Below are positions 54,242 to 64,000 of a stretch of 64,000 nt of DNA, in pieces. The stretch covers positions 1 through 64,000 of the forward strand of contig QPMI01000461.1 of the NCBI GenBank assembly GCA_004431415.1, read 5' to 3'. The stretch's first letter is position 1. Every line of letters begins with the position of its first letter. Both the position numbers and the translations under genes were made by a program. The notes beneath the pieces were generated by a model. The model was not told the origin of the DNA, searched no databases, and saw only the letters and a program-made list of their open reading frames with translations. This DNA is from Cyanophora paradoxa CCMP329 (taxonomy: Eukaryota > Plantae > Glaucophyta).

Positions 54242-55037
54242 TTTCGTAGTTAGTCATTATGAGATGGTTCCTTTTCTTTTTTGATATACCATACACTTTA
54301 CCATATGTATGTCGAATAAAGGGTTTAAATAGCAATTTCATTAATAAAGCATCATTAACAACCATCATAACTTTGCATTTCGCGGTCTTAAATAGATCTT
54401 CTAAATCCAAAAAGAATTTTTCCAAATCGAATTCTACATTTTCGTAAAAGTCATTATTGCTATTAACGTATGGAGGATCAAGAAATATGAATGCATCCTC
54501 ATCATCTTTGTATTTCAACACAATATCCCGATAATCCCCAAGAGATAAGTTCACATCTCGTAGGAAATCATCGTATGGTATCTTCTTTTTAAGAGTTGTA
54601 TATGAACTCACCTTAACGTTTCGTTTTTTGAAATCACGGAGGGTTTTAACATTTAAAACGCTGTTTTTAAGAAGATAGAAATTATGCGCTAAGTAATCTA
54701 TTGCATCTTTACGATCATGTTGTAGAAACTTCTTATAAACTTCTTTATGCTCTTCTATATTGCTTACTGCTTCGAACTGTTGAAGACTATCTAAAAGTTT
54801 TACTTTACTGTTTGGGTCTTTCATTGTATTCAAGAAAAGTATATGTGTTTCGTCGTTATCATTCATAAAGTAATCAAAACGTTCTTTATGCTTTTCCCAA
54901 AGATAGAAACTAAATGCACCTGAACCACAAAATGGTTCTATTATTTTATTTATGCCTTCTAAATCGATAAAAGGATTGATTGTATCCATTTCATTGTATT
55001 TATTACCGACATACTTATGGTAAAAGTGAGTCTTCAT
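54222..55037 (-). CDS. Dam/D12-class N6-adenine DNA methyltransferase
   Basis: YVGNK, IIEPFCGSGA (SAM binding), FIFLDPPY (catalytic). Confidence 0.92.
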   Translation of the reverse strand: MKTHFYHKYVGNKYNEMDTINPFIDLEGINKIIEPFCGSGAFSFYLWEKHKERFDYFMNDNDETHILFLNTMKDPNSKVKLLDSLQQFEAVSNIEEHKEVYKKFLQHDRKDAIDYLAHNFYLLKNSVLNVKTLRDFKKRNVKVSSYTTLKKKIPYDDFLRDVNLSLGDYRDIVLKYKDDEDAFIFLDPPYVNSNNDFYENVEFDLEKFFLDLEDLFKTAKCKVMMVVNDALLMKLLFKPFIRHTYGKVYGISKKKRNHLIMTNYEINQSTT

Positions 55038-55061
55038 TTACCATAGATAAAGAAAAACAAA

Positions 55062-55217
55062 TTACATATGGAGACGGGATAAAGAAATTAAGACTTTACC
55101 AGTCTTGTTTCTTGTAATAATGCAAGTATCAAAGCAACTTGGACATGTTTTATGATAATATACCATTATGATATCAACCAACTCATACGGGAATACTTTT
55201 GCTAAGATGGTTCGCAT
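55062..55217 (-). CDS. 51-aa ORF with an F-box-like helix and CxxC (below the ORF track cutoff)
   Basis: MRTILAKVFPYELVDIIMVYYHKTCPSCFDTC...; fills the gap between the MTase and AdoMetDC genes. Confidence 0.45.
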   Translation of the reverse strand: MRTILAKVFPYELVDIIMVYYHKTCPSCFDTCIITRNKTGKVLISLSRLHM

Positions 55218-55257
55218 CCTACTAATTCCGTTTTTAATTTTTCTATATAATTCATAA

Positions 55258-55656
55258 ATGAATCATCGCGGATTCCATGTAATGTTAGATTACAAGTTCA
55301 ACCATCCATTAATGATAGGATTGGACAACTTAGAGACCACAACGAAGTGGTTAATGCAATTTTTTCAATCTATTATTCAAGAACAAGGTATCAGAGTAGT
55401 ACACAAGCACTGCGAGATTTTCGATGGTGGTCTTTCACCTCCGGGTTTTGCTATGGTTCTTCTCCTTGATGAGAGTCATTTAACCGCTCATTGTTACTCA
55501 GATCAGGGAATGTTAGCAATCGATATATTCACTTGTGGTACGGAAGCGGAGCGTAAGACATCAGTAATAAAGGAGATGATAGAAGAGAGGGTAACGTGTA
55601 TGTTTAGCGGTTTGGAGAGAGCGGAGAAGCATAGAGTAGCGCGGTTTCCGAGTTAA
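55258..55656 (+). CDS. speD: Prokaryotic-type S-adenosylmethionine decarboxylase proenzyme
   Basis: GFHVMLD...PPGFAMVLLLDE|SHLTAHCY...AIDIFTCG, including the ES autocleavage site. Confidence 0.88.
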   Translation: MNHRGFHVMLDYKFNHPLMIGLDNLETTTKWLMQFFQSIIQEQGIRVVHKHCEIFDGGLSPPGFAMVLLLDESHLTAHCYSDQGMLAIDIFTCGTEAERKTSVIKEMIEERVTCMFSGLERAEKHRVARFPS

Positions 55657-56638
55657 TCTTACGTGAATCAGTAAGGAATGACACCCCACCCTACACCCCA
55701 CCGTTACCATAATTTATAGCATTCCCACTTTTCAAATTGCTATATATTAGATTGAAATTACCATATAAATAAGTGTGTGATGTATGAATTAATGGATAGG
55801 GTGGGGTGGTGGGGTGTGGTGGGGTCAAATTTCAAGAAAATTTTGAGCGGATCCCAAAATATAATGAATCTTCAAAACATGCCCCACCAGACCCCACCGC
55901 CCCACCGCATCGATAAATATATGATACCAGAGAGATTACACCCAACCACAGATCTAACGGTATTAACACCCAACCTGTACAGATCTAACGGTATTTACAC
56001 CCAACCCTGTAAAGATCTAACGGTATTAACACCCAACCTGTACAGATCTAACGGTATTTACATGTTAATTACGGCTTCGATATCGTAGAGATTCCCGCAC
56101 TGATTCCGTAACAAATTACACCCCACCATACACCCCACCATTACCATAAATTATAGCATTCCCACTTTTCAAATTGATATATATTAGAATGAAATTAACA
56201 TATAATTAGGTGTGGAAATATAAATTAATCGATAGGGTGGGGTGGTGGGTGTGGTGGGGTCACTTTTCAGAAAAATTTAGAACGCCAAGAAAAATATAGC
56301 AATTCCAAAAACAGACCCAACCAGACCCCACCGCCCCACCTTATCATTAAATGAATCACGCAATTAATTAATTAAATATATCGATTAACATGGAACATAT
56401 CATGACTATATCATTTTTACATTGTACATATCATGATCATATCGAATTGTACATTAATTACATCATATATATATCGATATTTACATATAAATTTGTATTA
56501 AATCATGTTAAAAATATATAAATTATGTATAAATTCATGTTAAATTCATATATATTTATGTATAAAAACACATAAAGAAAAACAAATATTTAACCTGAGC
56601 GGAACGCGAGGGTTAAATATTTGTTTTTCTTTATGTGT
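55537..56638 (-). repeat. Right terminal inverted repeat (1102 bp)
   Basis: Reverse complement of 28950-30052. Confidence 0.95.
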
Positions 56639-56644
56639 CCTCTT
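56639..56644. repeat. Right 6-bp target-site duplication CCTCTT
   Basis: Matches 28944-28949. Confidence 0.95.
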
Positions 56645-58521
56645 CCGTTACCTGGTCGTCCACCCCGAGGCCCTCTGCTTTCTCTGTAGCCGGGCGCGAA
56701 TCGTAGGACATAAAGAAAGCAGGCTGGAGATTCATTAAGAATAAATAAAGAAGTCTTCAAGCCTACCAAGAATGCAAAACGCACCAAGCCTTTCAAAGAC
56801 GAAATAATTTCATTCTTCTCTTTCATGTTGTAAAACTTGAGCATCTGCTTCTTGTGGATGTCCTTCACCTCGTCGCTCGACAACTCCGGTCCAGAAACTG
56901 AAGCGATGGAGGTTACAAGGAATCCCAAACACAAAACAGGACTCACAACAAAAAAGTGTTGTTCCTGGCACAGAAGCCTTCAGCGCCTTCATCACAGGCC
57001 GAACCTTCGTGTTGGTCTGGGTGAACCACAAGTCAGATCACAGGCCGTAAAGCATGAAGGATATAAAGATTGAGACCTCGTACACAGGTGCCAAAGAAAC
57101 GCCGATTACTGATGAAGCGGTGAACCCGTGTTTCTCAGTGGACACGGCGCACATCGCGTCGACAATATGATCAGGTTCAGCAGCGTTCTGACGGAGCACA
57201 CCGAGTGGCTCCGAAGTGAACCCCTTCAAAATATGCTCTCCATTGGAACGCGTTGCAAGATGTCCTCTAGAAGAGCATGGAAAACCTGTTGGCACATACG
57301 AGATCTCAAGGGACGGATTCTGAGAAAGACAAACATGAAGAAACGCACAGAGCCATTCCTCGCCTGGGAGAAAATCCACTGTAGGACCCGCGGATCGAGG
57401 CAATTTGTAAAGCTTGCGAAATTCCGAGTCAGACTTCGCCGGTGGTCCACAGTTCTGGGTTCGGCTGTTTCCTGTGTCAAGACAGGGTGAGCAGTACGTC
57501 GACTTGCACCTGCCACGATGAATAAGTAGCGAATACGATCGCTTAAACTGCAGAAGCGCTTAACTTCTGCTTACCACTTATTGCCACAGCTGACAACTCG
57601 CTGACCTTCGGGCACCAAGAGCCCACACGCCGAACAAACGGCGTTCTCCGCAATGTTTTCAATGAAACTCGAAATCGGTTGTGCAGCCGAGACAGCAACA
57701 GCATCCGGGCTGTGAATCGAGGTTTGAAACGGAATTCTTTTAACTATCTCTGACAAACGTGCACCTGCAATTTCACGACGTCCGTACTTCTCAAAATGTG
57801 TTTCATACTCTTGCAGTTCCTCTTCATCCCATGGTTCTGGCTTCTTGGCTGAGAAACAGTCAGAAATGCAAATCCCACATTGCCACTGCAAAACTGTCAC
57901 GGAAAACGCACGTTCGAAGGGAGCTTTCCCGGCTCTTGAGGGTGTGGGCGAGGAAGATGGCGAGCGATGGGGCGTAGAAGAGCCGCCGGGCACGGGCGAG
58001 GTGGAGCCGGCCCCCGCCGCCAGTGGTGCCTTCTCCTTCTCCTTCTTTGCCCTTTTCTCCCTCGCCATCGCAACCAAACGCTTCGAACACGTCAAAAGCT
58101 CGTGCGTCGATTTACGAAGCTGAGCCAGCGCCTCCCTGCATTTGCTGATTTCCGCATCGGTGGTAGCGACTTCGAGACGCTGTTTCAAGTCTACGATGCT
58201 CGAAAAAGAGTGTGAGAAACGAGCCATTAAAAAATCGCCTTGCAACTCCCGAAAGAGTTGGTCTGCTTCTTGATTCATCCGATTTGCCTCGGGTTGGGCT
58301 GGTCCTGCCGCTGGTGCTTGGGCTGGTGGTTGGTCTCCGCCAGGTTTGTCGAAATCCGCTTGCGGCGCAGATGGGGATACGGAGGCACTCGCATCAGCGC
58401 TAGCTGCACCCCCGGATGCTCCGGCCGCGGGTCCCTCCAACGGTAATATTCCAGCAGAAAGGTTTTCGGCTCCACCTGAAGACAAATCAGCCAAGACCAG
58501 CGCGATCCAAGACGATCCCAC
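56639..58521 (-). pseudogene. 5' part of the host gene interrupted by the viral insertion; start uncertain
   Basis: Consecutive minus-strand exons (316-aa ORF with coiled coil and CSAC, then 57226-57516, 57038-57403, 56790-57031) run up to the TSD in the frame that continues at 28943. Confidence 0.55.
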
Positions 58522-60520
58522 CTAGTGGTGGCCGGGTACTGTCTGAAAGTTGGGCTGTTTCTGCGAGAGAATTGACATCCTGTTGTATTTCGGGATCATG
58601 ATCAGCATAGTAGTCGGGCAGAAAATGGAATGAATCTCCTAATTCGGTTATCTACTTGAAGTTCGTTAGGAACAGAGGTGCCAAGGCCTGACGGCCGAAA
58701 GAGCCGCGTCCGCAGTTGGTTCGCACCCGCGATTGCAATTGCTTGGGATCCTCGCCCGCGGCCGGATCCGGATCCATAGCAGCCGCGCGCGCCAACCGGG
58801 CTGCCGTGCCGCAACAAGTTCAGATTCTGTAGCTTGTCGTACTCGAAATGGAACGCGCCGTCAAAGTTCCAACCGGCGCGACCGTGCACGTTGAGAAGCG
58901 AGTTCAAAGCCACCCGAAGATGAACTGCGCCAGAAGACAAAGCGTTTCATGCTCAGGTTATCCGAAAACATCACGCATAGGCGGAATACTCCGGGATCCG
59001 CACCAATCAAGAAGATTAGCTATTCCGATTGACCACACTGATTGAACAAGTAGATGTAAAGCCGCCCGAATGACCACACTGAGCAAGTTGCGGCCCGGTT
59101 GCAAGTTGCGGCCCGGTTGCCTTTTGGGGGGGTACCCGCACGCAGCCCGGGGCGACGGCCGGCGGCGTGCCGGTACGGTGCGGACTCTACGCTGTGCGGA
59201 CTCTATACTAGTTGGACCTTGCAGGCAACAGGAGAGCTAGTTGCAGTGCGGGCAAACATGCATATGCAGGCCGCCTCTCCCAAGCTAGTTACATCGCAGC
59301 TATAGCTAGCAGGAGAAGTTTTTCGGCCTACCGTCCATGTGACTAAGCGGTACACGAGGAGCAGCACTCCGGATTCCTCAGCCAGCCTTCAAACGACCAT
59401 TTGCAGTTCGCGCGTACGAGCGGCCAGAAGCAGCCCGGGCGCTTCGAAGAAAGGAAGAGGGCCGGCTAGCTACCTTGCAGTCGCTCCCCGCCGCGACGAT
59501 GCTCTCGCCAGCCGTACGTCGGCGACAAAAACCAATATGCATGCAAAAACGAGGTGCGCTGAGAAACCTACACTAGCTGCGGCTCAGAACGAACTCAACG
59601 ATCTCTTTAAATCACATGCCGCTAACGTTGCGCTTGTCTGCGGCACCCCTCGAGCAGGTTTGGGTCACATCGCCAGAACCGTGCACTCGCAGCCACCGAC
59701 AGCGATCTGCCTACGTATACGTATACGTGCGCACCGATCAGCAAAGCCAGAAACAAGCGGTCGTCGAGCGCACCAGGATAACAAGGCGCCGACGTGCCAT
59801 AGCGGTCATTCTGTCCATTCCGGCGACGCTGTTTAGTCAGCTTATGTCGACACTGAAGTGGTTTTATACCGTAAAAGCGCACCGAGACCTGCCGCGGGCG
59901 CCGTGGTGGTGAGCTGGCTGCAGGTCTTTCTCTTACCTGATCTGGTGGTGCAAAGTTAGGGGCGCGAAGCGCAGTGCCTGGGCCGGGAGGCAGCACGAAT
60001 AGTTTATATCTAACATTGAGAAAGCGAAGTACGCACGTCTGGGCGGCGGGGCTCAGTTTCCCGGGCGGCGGTCCGGCCCGCTGCGCGCGGCGAGGCCGGG
60101 CGCGCCACCCGCTGCGCGGCGGCGGGTCAGGTCTTGCACGGGGATAGTGCACATGCATACCAAAGTGGTGGCGTACCGTTAGAGGCACCTGGCGTCCGAG
60201 AAGAGCGAGGTGCGACGGAAACGCGATGGGGAAAACTGATCTGGGAACGCGCGACCGCTTCCTGTGAGCGGAACAATCTATCATTCAACATTCATTCAGC
60301 TCGGACCCGCGGCCGGATCCCTCGAGGACTCAGTCAGGGCCAGCTCGTTGCAAGAGGCGAAAACGAGGACGAAACGCCAGAGGCAGCTTGCAAGTTGCAA
60401 GGCGGTCTTGCAAGGCGGTCTTGCGCATGCAAGGCGGTCTTGTAAGCCGGCCTAGCGCTTTGGCTATAGCTAGGTTTTGACCCCGCTTGCACTGTACCCC
60501 AGCTGTTTTTTGGGGGCCAA

Positions 60521-63296
60521 ATGGCCGGGCCGCTTGTTGACCATGCCGGCGCCAGCGCTAGCTGTAGCGGGCCTGCGCCACGATCCGCATTGGCTGATGG
60601 CCGCGTGCGATCTTTATCAGACTTCCCTGAAGACCTCTTGATCAAGCTCACAACAGAAGTCGGCATCGTCGACGCCTTAGGAAATGGCTCGATGAAGCTA
60701 AGCCGGTTCATGAAGCAAATCGTTGAAAAGCAAGCTTGGCCGGAGCTCCAGCTTACGTCGTGCTCTGCGTTCGGGCATGGACGATATGTGCAAGATGCCG
60801 TCTGGGCTCAAGTCTTGGACCGCTTGATTGCCAGCGCTCAAGATGGCCGCCTCAGTGTTCGGGACTTGCAATTGAAGCGCAACGATTTCCCGAAATGGCA
60901 CCGTCTTCATTGCAAGGGTGCGCGGCGGCGTCGACCTCGGGCAAACATGAAATTAAAATCGCAATCGCAAAATCGCATGACCAAAGAGTTGCGTTCGAAA
61001 ACAGATTCCTTCGCTACTTCGAATTTTATCTCAACAGCGTGCGGGTTTACAGGAAGTCCGAATCAGCCACCCTGACTTCGCTCGCAATCTGGCAGCGGGA
61101 TCCCGCTGTAGGTAAGCCTCAGGCGCAATTCTCTAAAACGCAGATGTATGCAACTGAAGATTTGCACCTCAGGATTCCCTGGGAACTGAAGCGTAATGCG
61201 GTGGTACCGCCGAAGAAGTATCCAGCCCTACGCTTCAGTCCTGACGAATCTGAAACAATCGAACTCGATCCCGACCTGAACGTACTAACAGCAAAGATGA
61301 CATTGACATTCCCTCTGACGACGTCGGCTCGCTTGGATCGTCCGCCGAAAACGAGCTCTGTGACTGGGATAACAAGCGCGTTTCACTGGATCCCCCCGGA
61401 CTTCACTCCGACGACTTTATGAGCGGCGATGGCGAAGACTGCTTTATTCCACACCGTGCACTAGGCGAGGCTGCTACTATTCGTACGGCACTGTATCCGC
61501 GGCATAGGTATATACAAGATATCCTGGCCAGTATCACGAGTTCGTCCTCAACACTACAACTGCTTTCAGTTGATCTGAACATTGATGTGATACGAAATAA
61601 TTTCTTTGGAATGCCGCCACGTGCGTGTACGGGGCATTTCAGTTTTTGAAATATTGACCCTGGAAGCAGTCGGTACACGCCGGAAAAAGTTGTTCGAGGC
61701 ACTCACCCGACTCGTTAAAATCGAACATCTCGATATATCTGGCAGTTTCGTCGTTGACGCCGAGTTCATCACCGAGCTACACCAGAGTATCGAGCCATCT
61801 GCTTGCATTTGGCGGTCGCTTGGACTGTCAGTCGGAATTCTATCGAAGCCAGTTGACGGGCACGAGAACAGCCGTCAGTTTAGAGCAGTGGAGTTCAATG
61901 CTTACAGAGAAACTGCGGTCCGGGCCGCTGAAACTATCGCTCGTCGGTTCCCCGCGCTGGAAGTGCGTGCTCGCTTCATTGCGTTGTTGTTTTCTGCACC
62001 TGTGGCTTATCATACTCGAGCAGGAGCTGAGATTTCTCACACCGCAAGCGTTCAAGGGAGTCCAGAATATGGAGCAATACATAGCTCTCCCCAGCCGGGG
62101 ACTTACAGCACTATTTACCTTGAAAACGCTGAAGGCCCTTCAGATCGGTCCGCACATATCCCTTATAATTACCGAGTTGTCCCTCCAGATTGGACGGAGC
62201 GTTAGATATCATATACTGACATTGTAGCGTTAGATATCTTTTCTCTAATAGACGCGAACCACGGGAGAGAGAGTTTCAGAACAAGCCCGATCAAGTACCT
62301 CTCCGTTATCGAATGTGACCGGCGGCAAGCGAGGGACCAACATAGCTCAGAAGCTTTGCGGGCGCTGATAGCGGTCAATTTTGCGTCACTCGTGGCTTAC
62401 TGTCCTGTGCGTTCGAATTCATGTGTTTAACTGCCAACGGGCGCACATGCAGTTGACGACTGTGCCTCCCCTAGGATTCTCTCAGACATCTCACCTTGAT
62501 GAGCAAAACATGGTTTTCTATGAACATCATGACGTCTGTTGCCCTGATTACCAATTTAACGTCTCTCGTGCTCAACATCGACATGACGCATTCCGCGACT
62601 CCGCGCCCTAAAGGCTATCGCTGTTCTGGGTGCTTCCACCAACACGTAAACAACATGGACGATGAGCAGTTGTATCGAGAACGGGATCACAATTCGGCAG
62701 CGGCTAATCTGGAATCCCTGCAAATGATCCGAGCCTTGACCTACCTCGAGCTGAGGCTCTCAGGATGCAAGCATCGCCTTGTCAGCTTTTTGGAAGCTCT
62801 CGTCCTCAAGAAAGTGTTCAATGCACTGAAAGCTGTTAAAACTTTCACTCTCAGCATACATCACACACGCATCGCATACGGACTTCCAAAATTGCAGAAT
62901 GTCGACGTGTCAACGCCAACGTACGAGATCGGAACTGCACTTCAAGAGTTTGATAAAGCCGACGAATTAGTTGCACAGCAAGCAGCAGCGGTCATTTCGA
63001 CGTATTCGGATAGAATCACATCATATCGTCGTGTTGGTAGTCTTCCAGTCGTTGAGGAGTGCAAGGCTATTCAAAAGGCCAGCGCGTCGTTGGTGCAAGT
63101 TGGCCTATTTTTCAGCCCATCACGTCGAATGCGGAATTCGTACACAAGCGATTCTGCAGTATTGGCTGATCTCGAACGTACTCTCGAACCGCTTCGCGGG
63201 GCCCTCCCCCTCCTCCATTGTGCCGCGCCCGCCGCGACATTTTTTTCAGGCATCCCTCTTCCAGAATCCCAGCTATGCTGCGGCATGTCTTGTTGA
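60521..63296 (+). CDS. Multi-exon F-box-like/LRR-like protein
   Basis: VRSLSDFPEDLLIKL; LVKIEHLDISG, NLTSLVL, ALTYLELRLSGC. Confidence 0.6.
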
Positions 63297-63589
63297 TTTC
63301 TTCTCCGGGATTTGCCTCAAACAGAACGATTTTGTAGGACCTTCCGGCCCCTGGCGAGTGCATATTACGAAGCATCGACATCCAATGCTCACAACAAACG
63401 AGCACGAGAGACCGAGCTCTCGCTACGTCAACGACGCTCCTCGGTTCTTTGTGTAATCATCATGCTAAATTTTAATTCAGGCTTTGGCTCCTGACGTGAA
63501 AAAAGCCTAGGAATGCTACTGAATATCTATATATAGCTATACGCAATCTTAACCGTGCGCGGCCGTGGGCCGGGCTAGTCACGCACTGT

Positions 63590-63877
63590 ACTAGTCACGC
63601 ACAGGAAGGGCACATGCTCGACTTACGGGATCACCGAATCCCTCGCGACGTAGCAACGATGCAACCGGGCCGGGGTTGCACCTGTCATTTCAGTGACGCG
63701 TAGCGGGGAAGGCCGGCAATCCCCGAGAACGCGCACGTCGACAAAGCTGCCCTCGTTCTCGAGCCGCGGTAAACGTCGCGGCGTGTATAGAGCAATCAGC
63801 GCTGTCGGCTCCGCTGTCGGCTGTCGGCTCCGGTGGATCTCTCCAGCGTCTTCAGGCCTTAACTTCGTCTTCGCCAT
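63590..63877 (-). pseudogene. Internally deleted H3-tail-mimic family member, copy H
   Basis: MAKTK...ENEGSFVDVRVLGDCRPSPLRVTEMTG; intron 1 is joined directly to last-exon sequence (YVARDSVIP), so exon 2 is missing. Confidence 0.7.
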
Positions 63878-64000
63878 GCTGCGCGCCGCGCAACGACTTG
63901 GACGAAACCGTGGCCGAGGCCGTGGCGCGGCTTTGCCGTCGGCGCCAGCTTCGCCGCCGCTGCTTCGCCGCAGCTTCGCCGCTTCGCGAGCTTCGCCGCT

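Larger units (their letters stand above)
28950..56638. mobile_element. Complete endogenous Polinton-like virus / Maverick-type element, 27.7 kb
   Basis: Abrupt shift to AT-rich, intronless, densely packed genes; 1.1 kb TIRs; 6-bp TSD; MCP, pentons, A32-like ATPase, pPolB and rve integrase. Confidence 0.97.

Noticed and set aside
28950-56638. Canonical virophage (mavirus-like) or prophage
   Set aside because: No recognisable cysteine protease, a shorter PLV/NCLDV-like MCP, and no terminase or portal
58600-60450. Several overlapping ORFs in GC-rich sequence
   Set aside because: No motifs; expected by chance at this GC content

Overview
Eukaryotic (probably protist) DNA: GC-rich host sequence with many short (~50-70 nt) GT-AG introns, interrupted by a complete, recently integrated 27.7 kb AT-rich Polinton-like virus (28950-56638). 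The element has ~1.1 kb near-identical TIRs, a 6-bp TSD (CCTCTT) and a perfect 28-bp-stem hairpin at each end. It encodes two head-to-head pentons, a major capsid protein, a packaging ATPase, an AEP primase/SF3 helicase, a pPolB whose proofreading motifs look destroyed, an rve integrase, a patatin-discoidin fusion, a phage-like fibre cassette, an adenine MTase and an AdoMet decarboxylase. It sits inside an exon of a host gene that reads through once the element is removed. The host flanks carry a candidate new chromatin-interference system. Eight loci encode a short, probably ubiquitin-like domain; seven begin with fragments of the histone H3 tail, and one carries a natural H3K9M (AR-M-STGGKAPRK). 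They are interspersed with a Ulp1-family protease, a SET-domain methyltransferase and four F-box/LRR-like genes. Host exon boundaries were read by eye and are approximate.
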